A stretch of 64,000 nt of DNA, from NCBI GenBank assembly GCA_964106915.2, contig OZ066915.1; one strand, given 5' to 3'. The DNA is from Podarcis gaigeae. Taxonomy: Eukaryota. A program made the translations under genes and the position numbers. Each line of letters begins with the position of its first letter. Positions within the stretch are counted from its first letter, which is position 1. Shown in pieces: positions 25,801 to 39,029 of this stretch. The notes below the pieces were generated by a model. The model had not been told where the DNA came from and ran no database searches. It saw only the letters and a program-made list of their open reading frames with translations.

Positions 25801-28800
25801 AATTCCAGAAATGTCCAGTTACAGATCACTTGGACGTTCAAGACACCTGCAACCAGCAGTTGCAGATCTGGTTCTGACCAAAGCAGTTTCCAGAGTTGTC
25901 TGGTAACTTTTGTTTAAGAGAAGGACACATCTTCCAAACTTTCAGCATTAATTCATCATTAGTCACAATCTCGTTGAGAGGTATCAGTTAATAACAATAT
26001 AACCAGAAGTACACATTTACAAAATATTTATACATACTGTAAATTAGAAAAAAAATGGAGTTAATTCTCATTATTTACACTTTGCTTCAAAACTATGTAT
26101 GTGGTTCTGGTCAGATTGAATCCGCAAGGCAGAATAAGCATCAGAATCAGAACATGGATGTTTTGAGCAACCAAAAACCTGGGTGTTTTGTTATTTAAGC
26201 AGCAACAGCTGGGCTGGGCAGCTGCTGAGGCAGGCCTAGGGAGGCAGAGGGAAGAGGAATGGCTGGAGGATAGGTGAGCAGTCAAGGCTGATGGAAGGAA
26301 ACTTGCAGCTAATTTGTGCAACGAGAAGGTGTGTGCTGCTATGGCAACAGAAATTACTGTGCTTTGCTTTAAGCCTTAAAGAGTAATGTAATTTTTCCTT
26401 TATGGTGTGACCTTAACCCATGTTTACTTGGAGGTTAAGCACCATCATGTGCAATGGGGCATGCTTCTGAGTAATATACATAGCAGGTCTCCACTTCCAA
26501 ATGCCACCAGGAAACAATTTCAAAGAGGCAAGAAGTGTTTCAGGGTTGTATCCAGTTGTACCTCTCCTGACTGGCAAAAGGCTGCTTTGTCTAGTGGTGG
26601 CTTCCATAGTGGAAAGCGAGAGGTTGTTTTTTGCAAGTCCCCTCTTACTCCTGCATTGCCCTGCACTACAAAGGGCTCCCCAAATCTCTGGATCAGATTT
26701 AGGGGACTGCAGAGGGAACGGAGAATCAGCAGCAATTGCATCTTCTCCCTGCTTGTCCTCCTGTTTCTGTATGTGTAAACCTTCAGTGGATCAAAGAGAC
26801 TTCCATCTACAGAGGGACACCATTGGGTACAACCCTCAGCCATTATTGCCTCTCTATCCATCAGCCAGTAGGACACTAGACAGTTGTAAACTTTGCACAG
26901 CTTTCTTTGCTTGAGAGGACCTGAACTCAAAGCATTTAGTTAAAAAAAAACCTTTCCTCTAGCATTTTTTAGAAGTCTGTAGTTGCTAGCCTATTATAAA
27001 CTGAAGGTGATTTCCATGCTGTATTGAGTAAATCATATTGACTGGTGAAACTGTGCTGAACAGAAGCTCAAATAATATTTTAAAGGAACAATCACATCTC
27101 CACCGAGGCACAATGGTTCTTCATTATTTTTCTTTTAATAGTGATCAGTGCAGAATAAAAACTTGGTTCTTTCCTGTATGGGAAAAGGTAGTGATGTTCT
27201 GAACTACCTTGCAGTGTTTGATTTTTTTGCAAGAACTGTACACTAAAGGAAAAAGTTGTTTTATCATATGGAATGATCAACCCAAACTTTGATGCCATCT
27301 GTTTGGGACTGGAGGCGGGTTGGAACCCAAATCCAAGCTGAAATCCAGGAGCACAACCCAGCTTTCTGCACACAATTGACCAAATGTTCAGATGCCAGTC
27401 TCTGAACTGTACCACTTTTGTCCAGAGCTCAATCTCAGCCATGGTTAGAATTTGAAACCTCCTTCCAATGTATGATTAAATAATATTGAAAATGGATAAG
27501 GAAGCTTGGAAATCATCCAGATTCAAGCTCTACAGTTTCACATTGGTTTGCTTAAATTTAGAGTGGGAGTCCAAATTGTGCTAAACGCTTGGCAGGAAGA
27601 ATGTAATTTTAGACCACATGTTGGTTTCCTAGTTCCTTCTGGAAAGGAGCTGTGTATTCCACCTGTCTCTATCTAAATCTCTAAAAGTATCTGCTGACAG
27701 CCTAGTCTGCAATTCAGTTAAGCCAAAGTATTTTGATTTAAGCCAATTCTGCCTCGTTGTCTTCTATGGTACTAAATCCATAGAAGTCCCAGTCCTACAG
27801 CATGAACAAGTTGTGGATTAGGCTGTTGGTTGCCTGTTAGTACTTTATGGAAGGCTGGAGGGGTGGGCAAAAATGATAAGATGTGCATTCCTTTGTCAGG
27901 AAATAAAACGTGGTAGCTTATTTTTAAACGATAGCCTTAGGAATTCCACTGACAGCACTAATACTAGCTATGGAACTAGATCTGAAAATTCCCATGATAA
28001 GTTCAGTTTAATTTTTTGGGGGGAAGAGAAGTAAAATGTGCTAAAAGAAAACTAACCCCTTCCTTTTTTTTTTTAACACAAAAAGATATTTTCAAGTTCT
28101 GCAATCCACTTAACTGATATCTACTTAGTAGCCGGCTGGCTCAAAGATGAACCCAGATACGCAGACACGCAGCCTGCTCTTCAAAATGTTCAAGGGAGCT
28201 CATTTTCCTATAAATATTCTTAGGATTGCAGCTGGAATATTGTTAAGTTAGGGTTAGGGCCTGAATGAGTTTTCTAGCTCAGATGCGTTTGCTGAGCCCT
28301 ATGCATTGCGCAAGCAAGTTGGCCTAAGGCTGGAAGCCAACCCCTTCCTATGGGCAGCCAGGCAACTGAGTTGAAAAACTCTCTGGAAGGACAGGGTAAC
28401 AGATGAGCTGCCAAATGGCTAACCATCAGCTGCAGAAGGGCAATGCTTGTCTGTCTGTGTGTATGTGAGCGTGTGACTTATTTTAAGGAAGGACAAGGTT
28501 AGATGGCAGGAACCAAAGGACAGTCTGAGGCTGTTCATAAATGTCTCTTCCCACCTCCCCTCGAAGCAGTCAGTGCAGTGCTCTGATACATTCACTGTTG
28601 TAATAGAACATTGTTTGTGTTGTTGCTGTATTGTGCTGTAGCGGTTTTGAAAGGAATGCATCTCCAGGGGCTCTACAGTTATAAAAATAAGACATGACAG
28701 CCTCTTTAGTCTACTGAAAACAGTGGTGAGCATTTTGGAATTATTATTTGAATTCACACTTGTGACTACCATCGGTCAGGAGTAGCCACGTGGATTGGAG

Positions 28801-29098
28801 AGGACACCAGACTCTCCTCCTTTTAAAAAATAATTTTTGAGAATAATTTTTTAAGAAGACATTTTAAACCTGTTGTCGTTTGTCATTCTTATTGTTCCAG
28901 AAAGGAATATTTGTATAGGAATAAGAATTTGGAGTGTACTTCAACCCAGAAAAAAATTAGGTTTTATTTGTGTATACCGTAAATGTTTGTATTTTGCAGT
29001 TTTATCTGTTTTGCTTTTTAGATAAAGAAAATGTATATTGATATTTTAAAAGTCATTTTTGCTTTTTTAGATGAGTTTGTAATCATCACAAACAGAAA

Positions 29099-29104
29099 AA
29101 TAAA
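29099..29104 (+). terminator. Candidate distal polyadenylation signal of SLC6A6
   Basis: AATAAA after a long U-rich, TGTA-containing UTR-like block. Confidence 0.6.
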
Positions 29105-30110
29105 AAAGCCTTTCCTTTATAAAGTGAGCAAGCCTTCGTTATTTCTAGCTTCTGGTGAGAGTTTACCAATATTACAATGCAATGAACAAAACCTTTCTAT
29201 TGAGTGCTGCATTGTTGAAATTCATAAAATATAAGCCAGGTACCCATGCAGCCTATTATGTGGCCTGCTAATATTTCTTCAGAGGAAAATCTCCCTCCCT
29301 CTCCAACACAGCAACTCGTGCCTGGGGCCAAACCTCTTCAGAGTTATCAGTCAGTCTCCAAGCCTGTTCCTCCTCAGCCCACAGGATGGAGAATATTAGC
29401 AATACAAACTGCTGTTATCTATTTTTGATCCTGCCCTGGGCAGGGCTTCTGTACCTTTTGAAACTTCGCAACACATGTGGAAATTCCTCTGGTGCAACGT
29501 ACCACTGCACCAGCATGCCAGGAAACAACTTACTAGTTGAATTTCTACTGGGGAGACAAGCATTTAATGACACAGGTGTCTCACCAGGATGCTACTTAAT
29601 CAGAAAAAAATGGGTCTCTGCTGCCACCCCTACTCCCACCTCGCATGTTTCAGACCATGCACTCAGGCTTCAGGAACACCTGCATCTCGATCTCTCTATA
29701 CAATGAACGTTGGGAAATTGTTTTAAAATGCTATTTTAATTTAAAATAGCACTGCCAGTAAACTAAAATGGTGTCTAACCCCAGTTCCCAGAGATGCAGG
29801 CCTCCAAGCAGTTTCTTCTGTTCCCACAAAAGGCCCCACTGATTTTTTGTGGATGTGGGAGAAGAAAGTGGGGAGGAGCAGACATAGCAGTGGGATGGCC
29901 AAAGAGGTTCAAACTAGTTTCTGGTAGACGGTTGTTTCTTATGTGAAGCTGCTCTGTGCTCAGGAAGTTGCATCAAGGAAGTTGTCATGGTACCTCAGGT
30001 GCATACTGGGCACACCCCTCTGCTTGCCCACCCTACCTGTTAGGCCTTTAGCTGCCCCCAGGGGAAAGCATTTAACAAGGCTGCCTTTCACCAACCGGCT
30101 GGATTCAGTT

Positions 30111-30246
30111 GGCTAGCTCAGTTGGTCGGACATGAGACTCTTAATTTCAGAGTGGTGGATGCAAGACCCACATAGTGCGAAAGATTTCTGCATAGCAGGA
30201 CTGGGATTGATAACCTTGGCTCTTTCCAACTCTGCACTTCTATGAT
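30111..30246 (+). mobile_element. tRNA(Lys)-derived SINE with CR1-like tail
   Basis: ggctagctcagttggtcggacatgagactcttaat head plus ...tccaactctgcacttctatgat tail. Confidence 0.7.
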
Positions 30247-33200
30247 CCTGCCTAAAAATCCCATGTTTTCTTTGAGAACAGCTCAAAGGTAGCATAGAAC
30301 TAGACTCGGGGTGGTATGTTCCAGGAGAACACACAGGTTTCATGAAACATGACTGAAGCATGCACTAAAGGGACAAAAAAAACCCCACAATGCTTGTTCT
30401 TAGGAGAAAAGTTTAAACATAAGAATGGTTACAAGCACATGAAAACATTCCTCCCAGTGGCGAAAAGGACGGTAAAAAGAAATGCAGCTTTAAAGACAAA
30501 GCTGGTTCCTTCTCCACTCCTTCTGTATTTTTGTTGGAAGCCACCCAGAGTGGCTGAGGCAACCCAGTCAGATGGACAGGATATAAGAAATTTTTTATTA
30601 TCCCTGAAGCTAACAGCTTGCTGTTGCTTGCAGCCCCCATCCCTGAATGTGCACTCTAGGAATTTAGAGGTGTGTGTTTTCCAACAGCAGCCTTTGCTTG
30701 TGTACCACAAGCACCATCCTCCAATGATTATTCCTACCACCTTCCAATTGGATCCCCCAGGCAGTCCACATTTAAAAAGTCAATCCCACAATCTCCAAAC
30801 AAGCCTACATGCAAGACTTCTATTTATTGATGACAATCCATTTCCTTCATCCAAGAGTGAATACCTCAGTGCAATGCAAAAATTTTGTGAGGGAGAAACG
30901 AGTTTGTTGCACAAGACTGCCACATCAACTTTAATTGCCCAATCTGACTTTTCTGGTATGTAACTGAATCCTACCCCAAAGTAGTTCCAGTGTGGAAGAA
31001 CCCCTCATCTCTGGTTCCTGGAGCAAGTCAAAGGGAGAGTGTGATCTTTCTAAATTACTTGAATGCACTACACATCGCATGTGAATAGATGCTGTCATAT
31101 ATTGCAGTGATGATGCAAAAACAGAAGAATGAAGCTCCTACTACAGAAGACTTCATGCCAACCTGCTACTTTTAGGGCCCATCGGTTATGAGAAGGGAAT
31201 TCTGCTGGATTTTACCCAGGGACCATCTCTGATCAGTGGTAATGCGACAGTTTTCCTGTTATCAGACATGGAAAGCAGTTTGAGATGTTCAAGGCAGCAA
31301 TTGGTGCTAGGCACTCACATTTCTGCATTGAGAAGCTTTTGCACCAAATCCAATCCCTGACCTAATACATATTTGAAGATTTGGATGGGGAGAATTTAAA
31401 GCACATCTTCCATATACAGGGAGCACCTTCAGGGGTTTTTTTAAAAAGAAAAACACACACTACTGTAGCTATCAGTCTAGAAATCCTGCATAGTCAGGAT
31501 TGGCTATTTTTAATTTTTTTTAAAATATAAATAAATCCCACAGCAACAAGACCAGGTTTTTTTTTAGTGGGTGATGAAGTGTCAGTTGAAGCCATGCAAT
31601 GCATCTCACATCTCTGCTGTCTCACATTTTTTCTCCAATCTGGGAAGTCCTTAAGTGACCTTGCCTATACATTTTGCAGCAAAATGCCGTTGTACTTGTT
31701 GTGCAACACACTCTGCTTTTATTGTACCGCACGTCAGTCAGTCCTCTGCTTGTAGAAACAGTGTTTGCAAAAGAAAGCCAGCAAGTGACCTTCCACAAAT
31801 GCTGAAACCATGTTTGCTGCAGGTTAACTGTTGACAAGCATTCTACACAGCTCTCCAGGAGGCCAGTAGGAATCTGCTGCCAAGTGCCAGACCTCCAAAG
31901 GTCTTTGCTCAGTTACAAATACCAGCCTAGAAAGCAGGCCAAAGATCACAGATAAAGAGTTGTTTACTGGAAGTAGAAATCTTCCCCGCTGAACATTAAC
32001 CAGAAGAGCGGGAGGGTGTTGAGGTCAGGGAAAAGAGGTGAGAGACAAAGTGTGTGTCCAACACAGAGGCTCCCCCCCCTTTATTGCCCCTTTGTGTATG
32101 AGTTTACAGCCTCATAGTTACCATACAAATAGTCTCACATATCTAAACATTGATGGAATGCCTCTGTGTTCTTAACTTCTATAAGGAATGAGTTATACAA
32201 CAACCAGGAATGGTTCCTTCCCTATTTTAAAAAACAACTACTGTGCTACATGGAAGACTGTTGACCACAACCCAAAGTGCTTAAAATACCACTGATGGCA
32301 ATGGAAGATCAACAAAAAATAACTCATTTCTTCCAATGTTATCTCAACTATTATGCTAAATTCTATAAGAAAGAGCATTCAGAATCAGTGTTCAAAGTTG
32401 GGTAGCAGTGCTGATGCACTGAAAGTATTGTGTTTTGTTTGTTTACATGCATACTATGGAAATCGCATTACTGGGACCCAACCAAAGTGTCACAATATTG
32501 TGAGTAAGCTTTTGAGTTAATCAGGCTGGATGCTAAACAAAACAAGGTTAAGGATGTAGCAGAAGCTCAACTGCCCCAGAGTCTGCTGTGCAGGAGGGCT
32601 TGCACAGATACAACTAGAACAGTATCATGAGATGAAAGATAGATTTCAGAATGTACCCAGGGCTACCAGGACAAAGAATCAATAAGGGCTGTTTCTCCAC
32701 GTTTGCAAATGTAAAATCTGAAGGGTTTGCCAGCTGGTTTGGACCAACAAATGTATTTTGGATTTTGAGAATGTGTTGTGGGCACCAGTCACAAAATGGC
32801 TGTCGCAGGAGCATGGCACAATACAAAATTAGGGAGTGTACAGTCATTTTTGCTTCCATCCAGCCACAAGCATGAGACAACCCCAGACTTACCACATGGA
32901 GTCAGCTATGTCTTAATGGTTCTGATTGGAGGCCTGCTCTTGTTCCCTGGGAGGCAGAAGAAGCTGGAGACTGTCAGTGAAGGAGGTGAGCTGCCCACCT
33001 AAGCATGTGCTTAAGGCAGCAATCTTGCAAGCACTTACCTGAGAGTAAGTGTTGTCAGACTCAATAAGACATGCCTCCAAGTAAACTTGTAGAGGATTGC
33101 GCACTAAAACTCACATTCAAAATCAATAAGTATTTAAAAGTGGTTCCTTTGGCTAAAGTAAACCTCAGCTTTTGCTTTTCTCTTCTGTTGATTCTGAGAT

Positions 33201-33319
33201 GATCCAGAGATTACTTTCTGGTCTCACAGCAGGCAGCCCAGCAGAGATCCAAGTGCAAGCAGAGATAGACCACAGATGGGCAAAGTATCACTGAGATGCC
33301 AACTTTTCAAAGAAAACAG

Positions 33320-35134
33320 GAAACCTGTTTTGTTTTGCTTTTATTTAATTAAAAAATCTAAGTAATTGCAATACCATTTAAATACATAGATTTACAAATA
33401 GGTCCAAAACAGGACTAAAATATTCTTTGAATATTGTGCTTTCATAGATACATAAGAAAATTAGCGTATAAAAATACTTTACAAGGAATACACTCTAATA
33501 TATGGATAAAAATACACATTTAAGTAATGCATTTCATTTTCGTATCATTCAAAATGCATAGGAAGGGATACAAGGACCATTTTTTTAAAGCCTTATTAAA
33601 AGTCTTCATTAAAAACCCATTTGAAGCCACACTGAGCTTCCGCCATTTTGGGAATATTGCATATAAAACCCATTTTTTCTGCTCAACTGTCAATACCCTC
33701 TAGTTTCTTTTATGGCACATTATCTAGGTTATATGGCAGCCATGGTATGGAATATTGCATACTTTGAGAAGAGAAAATGGCTACAGCTAGATGCAGCCCC
33801 AAAGGGACTCCATGCACATCTTAAGGAAAGCACGGAAACTTTGATGTGGCCCAGAAAGTGAATAAGCATATTTTTTATTTAAAAAAAAAGAAAGAGGAAA
33901 AGAGAGAAGTAGATGCAATCACAGCTTAATCTGGGCTCAGATCTGAAAACCAGTCATGGTTTACTGATCTACCGGAGAAGGTTACCCATACCAAAACATG
34001 ACATCTTAATTTGCATCGTAACGGTACCAAAGAAAATAAAGGGCATACAAAGGAAGAGAGGAGCCAGTTTCCCATTTCCAGGGTCTTACTCAAGTTCCCT
34101 TGTAGGGGGACAGTCGAAAAAACCACCACAATAAAGTGCTATTCCAGAAACCCTGGCACAGGCCATTGGACTGGCCGGAGCGAGATTTGCAAGCCCCGGC
34201 ATTTTTGCCATGTGGAAAGGAAGAGATCATGGCCTTAAGTTGCAAGTCCATCTCACCTGCTGCAGGCAGATCATCCAAAGAATGTGAATATCACATCCAT
34301 GATCACTACAACGGAATTCAGTTGTGGAAGGCAGAGGGTCACATAGGCATCGTGCTCAGAAAGCCAGGGAGGAGAAGGTAACTACTAAAAACATGGGGCT
34401 GCTGCTATGACTGGTTACAACAGGGCGTCAACCCTCATCATCAGTGGGGCTTTTTTTAAACAAACAAACGCACGCACTTACACTAGGACGACCCACAGGG
34501 GGTGCACTGGGAGACACAATACCAATCTCGCAGAGGATGTCTCATGCTTAACAGTGACAAGGAGATACAATGGTTTCCCCACTCCCATAGCGGGAAAAAC
34601 GAGGGTCAGGGCAAAGAGGGTTATGTGAGTGACTCACATTCAGCTGCCCACTCACAGACTCATGGTTCAACCAAGAGAAAGATTCTTGGTGTTCTGTCTG
34701 TGTGTGTGTGTGTGTGTAGGGGGAGGCACACACAAGGTTACTGGTGACCCAGAAAAGCCAGTTTCCTGCCCTTTGTGTATGGTATCATCAGTGCTGTCTA
34801 AGAAAAACACAGTAGATGAAGGAAGGAAGAAAACAAGCACACATTGTCTTGAAGTCAAATAGTGGTGGATGTGTTTAGGCTGCGCCCCAAAGAACGAGTG
34901 CCTGAGATGTGGCAAGGGAGAAAAAAATTACATGCCCAAGCCTCGACTTTTGTGACAAATGGCTCAGGACTTCATAAAACTTGCCAGGGGAAAACTCTGC
35001 TCTCAGTTGTGAAGGGGATCCCAAGCACCACAGTGATCTGGGAGAGTGTGGCTGTGAATTGGGAAAAGGACACAAGGCCGTGGGCTAAGGAAAAGCTATG
35101 GGGTAGTGCAGGGGTGGCCTTTCACAGAAACAAA

Positions 35135-35165
<31 letters not shown>

Positions 35166-35635
35166 TAAATATTCAGTTTCACTGTACATGATTTAACAAA
35201 GCAAACAACAAGAAAATAGCACCATGTACCCAAGCCCTTTGAAGACAGGGGCAAAGATGATGGTCTGGTGCCCTGTCACCCCGTTCGCTGGAGAAGCTCA
35301 TACCATGAGCAAAGGATGTTCTCTCCCAGGTGAGTTGTGCTGGGCACTGCTTCCTGCTTCCAGTGGCAACAGCAGCCCATCCCACCCACCGAGTTGGCCA
35401 AAGAGGGACCATTTCCACCGGTCTGTCTCAGCTTGGGCCTTGAAGGCCTAGGCTGACTGGCTTCAAGATACGACAAAAGGGAAACCCATTTCTTCATGGC
35501 AAATTACATTACACAGAGTAATCACAATACCAGTGCAAAAGTAAAACCGAAAAAAGTGTTACAGACACCCATCAACCCCTTTTCCCCCACCCCCACAGGA
35601 CCTCAAGAACAGTTGACGCCAAGCCTACCCAGCAT
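33320..35635 (-). other. GRIP2: Inferred GRIP2 3'UTR (about 2.3 kb), containing (CA)n tracts
   Basis: Lies between the stop codon at 35636 and the AATAAA at 33340-33345; TG/CA repeats near 34698-34717 and 35138-35164. Confidence 0.6.
33340..33345 (-). terminator. Candidate polyadenylation signal of GRIP2
   Basis: TTTATT on + = AATAAA on -, at the end of an AU-rich block (tatttgtaaatctatgtattta on -). Confidence 0.65.
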
Positions 35636-35827
35636 TCAGAGCGTCTGTGTGTTTGCCTTGACCTCCACACTAGGAGGCTGCCGGCCTGGCAAATCCTCAT
35701 CGAGCTGGGCTTTGGCAGTGAAGGCCAGGGGATTCCGGCTGATTACCAGGTCCAGTTTGTCTCCTGCTTCAGATATCAAAGGGACAGCTAAGCAGCAGTC
35801 AAAGTCCCGGGTTCGAATGCGGTTTAC
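35636..35827 (-). CDS. GRIP2: GRIP2 last coding exon (PDZ7 C-half: [33 protein letters not shown]...NTQTL*)
   Basis: cag|GTA acceptor on -; [16 protein letters not shown]7 motif; TGA stop. Confidence 0.95.
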   Translation of the reverse strand, partial: VNRIRTRDFDCCLAVPLISEAGDKLDLVISRNPLAFTAKAQLDEDLPGRQPPSVEVKANTQTL

Positions 35828-36956
35828 CTGAAGGGATGGGAGAAAACTCACAGTGAATTATGGGAAACGAACACACACGCGCAAAACAGGAAAATGAGAC
35901 CATTTTATTTTACTGTGGTGTTGTTTTTTTAAAAAGTAACCGGTTGTTGGAAATCACAGGTGGTGAGAGTGCTGTTGCGTTCACATCCAGCTTGTAGTCT
36001 TTCCTCAGGCATCTGTCTGGTCAGCTACTGCGAGAACAGGGTGCTGGACTAGATGGGACATTGGCTTGATTCAGCAGGCTCCTATTGTGTTTTTATATTC
36101 TTAAACTTGTGTCAATGTTGAACACCAAATAGATTGTAATTTGGGAGGTGTTCTGCTACATATAAAACATAGGCCAAACAAAACTATGCTGTGCCATGCT
36201 ATGGCAGAAAAATCCAGGAAACACATTCCTGGAGCCATTCAATTCCTTAGTTATGTGAGAGAATGGAAAAGACATCCGATCAAACAGTACTCTTTTTGTG
36301 GGACACAGTTTTTGACAAAATTCTAACAAGAAGCATTAAGTCGGGGATGGTGAGCTGTTGTTGTATCCTTGTGGGGTTACTCTATTCTTCAGCCAATGAT
36401 TCGGGGGGCCAGAAATGTATTTTGTAAAACCCAAGTGGTTAGGCGCCATAATGCAGTTGGGTTACATCTTGCAGAAAAGGCTCCCTGGTTATGATGAGGT
36501 TGTTTAAGGGTGGAGCCTCTCTGATTTCTTTGTCTTTAAAATATTTTTTCTCATCCCTGATGAAACTGTGGACAAACCTTTTATCCCAACTCAATTAAAG
36601 TTTCATTAGGGCTACCAGGGACAGATAACCCACGGATCAACATTTTTTGCATTTAGCTGACAGTGTAAGGTGGGCATATAATCAGTCAAACTGGCAGGTG
36701 GGATCTAAATTAAGTTTATGGTAAGCACAGATGTGGATGTTAAGATCTGCTGCACACACTCAGAAGCGACAGCATCTGGAGTCAATGAAGGGCTACTTTA
36801 TATTCTAAACCCCAAGTGGTTGAGGCAGGATGACTCCTTTTGTTTCTGTAGCCTGTGAGACAAACAAGGGATGCTCTCTCCATCCCAGCTCCTCTCAGCC
36901 CAGTGCTGCCATGGGGATGAGCACGGTATGTCAGCACATGGGAGAGTGCATGGTGC

Positions 36957-36960
<4 letters not shown>

Positions 36961-37012
<52 letters not shown>
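36961..37012. repeat. (GA)n microsatellite
   Basis: Seen directly. Confidence 0.97.
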
Positions 37013-37015
<3 letters not shown>

Positions 37016-38882
37016 GTGTAAGAGAGAACACATTGTGTGTCTCTGTGTGATCTGCAGATGTGAGTTTTTGTGAGATGTTTGTGCAATTAGTGTCTGCAAG
37101 TGGATGCATCTGAAAATGGCACGTGACCTTTGAAGGGCTGCCCAACCTTGAACGCAACCCCGAGGCCAAGGAAGGTTAATCGGCTCTAGGGTTAGTTCTT
37201 CCATTCCTCTGAATCTGATTTCCTCTCTATCAAACAAATCCATCTATATTTTTCTGACCTTTAGAAAGCCCTTTACAGATCACTCCCGGCTCAACACTTT
37301 CCCCTAACTAGGATGCTATAGAGTCAGACCATTGGTCTATTTTACTCAGTTCTGTCTGCACTGACCGATAGCTGTGCTCTAGGGTTTCCCAGCCCCACCT
37401 GGAGATGCTGGCATTGCACATGGGCAACGTCCCCTTTCAATGCCTGAGGCCAAACAGAAATGTGCTGCCATGCCCTCCCTTACCTGAAGTGACAACGGCA
37501 GTGGTTTCCAGTGAGATCTCGCAAAAATCCAGTGAGATCTTGCTGCAAACCAGCACTGCTTCCCTGCTACCAGCTGGGTGGACAGGGTGCCTGCAGAGAC
37601 AACGCCTGAGGCAGTTGATCCACCCCTGCACTTATGACTTCCTGTATGCAAGGCCGATTCTCTTCCCACTGCCTCAAGCTACAGTCCTGCTGAGACCATC
37701 ATACAGAAGTGACGACAAGGTGTCCCATGCAGAGATACTGAAGTCCTCTTCTCATGGTTCCTCTTTGGGTCTAGTGTGCGTTCAAGGAGAACGCTTTGGT
37801 GCTTGTGCAGGCTGTGACATTGCCAACATTCTGCAGAAACGTGGCCGGCAGCCTAATCACTTTTTTTTTGTTCCCCCTCTCCGCTCTTCCCCCAATTCCT
37901 TCTTTCTGCTGGCCTTTCATTTGAGGCTGAGAAAGAACAACGGTGCAGCAGGCCAGCTGGCTACGGACCATAACAAGCACAAATGAGCCTCCCCCTTATT
38001 GTTGCCAGATTTTCAGTGACTGACCCTACATGTGTTAGAGTTAATTGTGGCACAGCCAATAAAGTCTTTTTAAATGCTGAAGGGAACAGCAAAAGAATCC
38101 TTCAGGGAATTGCAAGACTTCTAAAATAATGAATGTAACTGCTTGCAGAGCAGGGAGGGGGGTTGTACCAACTGCCTCCAGCATTTCTGGTCCAAACAGG
38201 AGAGGCCGACAAAACAGTTTGGACCTCAAGTTGTCACTTCTTTTCCTAGCCCCACCAGAAATGTCAGCGAGGTGTGCCAATGCATTAATAAAGAGCCTTC
38301 ACCGGGGCTCCTGAAGGTCTAGGTGGCTTTTTCCTGTGGAGTAGCTACAATGAGTTCAGGGAGCTGCCACCTGAGGGGAAATGTGTGGGTATGAATGGCT
38401 TGTGCTACAGAGCTGGAGGACAGGTTAAGGCAGTGTTGGCCAACGTAGTGCCCTTGGCTGCCAGCGTGCCTGCTAGTACCTCCTGTAATGCCCATGAAAG
38501 GTCTCTATAAAAGCCCACAATGCATGAGAGATTGTTTGCTCCTCTTGCTCACAGTTCCTGTTTGCACTGGGCTTGCCCTTTCCTGCACCATCTTATGGCG
38601 GCCATTTTGTGACAGGCATCCATGGCACTATGTCAAAATTCCAAATGTGCCCCCTGGCCCAAAAAAGGGTTGCATCCCCTGGGTTAAGGAAAACAGAAAC
38701 CCTTCCATCAGTGAAATTGTGCAGCAGTAGGACAGAAAGAAAAAGAGGGTGTACCGTTTTAGACTATTCCAGCAGCCACTAGTATGAATCCAGGTGGTTT
38801 GCCCCAGATACAAGTTCTTCTTCTTCAAGAAACAGACCCATTTGGGTTTCTTAAACCTTTTGCTGTTATTTATAGTTATTAC

Positions 38883-39029
38883 CTGAAGGACTCTGTCATA
38901 GGGCTTGAGTCCACACTGATCAGCTGGCCCATCTGGGCGGATCATATTCACATAGACGCCTTTTTCCAGCAAGCCATCTGAGACACTGAATCCAAAGTCT
39001 TCAGTCTCTGGATCCTTATAAATAGTTAT
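38883..39029 (-). CDS. GRIP2: GRIP2 coding exon (PDZ7 N-half: [49 protein letters not shown])
   Basis: ttttcag|ATA acceptor, CAG|gtaata donor; 147 nt, phase 0-0. Confidence 0.97.

Larger units (their letters stand above)
22406..29125 (+). other. SLC6A6: Inferred SLC6A6 3'UTR (about 6.7 kb)
   Basis: Follows the stop codon; few young repeats; U-rich terminal block 28700-29100 ending in AATAAA at 29099-29104. The end point is inferred and proximal AATAAA sites exist (e.g. 24524). Confidence 0.6.

Noticed and set aside
30349-30963. 204-aa intergenic ORF
   Set aside because: No recognisable domain, intron-like composition and no splice or promoter support; probably a chance ORF.
37405-37986. 193-aa ORF antisense to a GRIP2 intron
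   Set aside because: Starts at a non-ATG codon, overlaps degraded repeats and has no recognisable homology.
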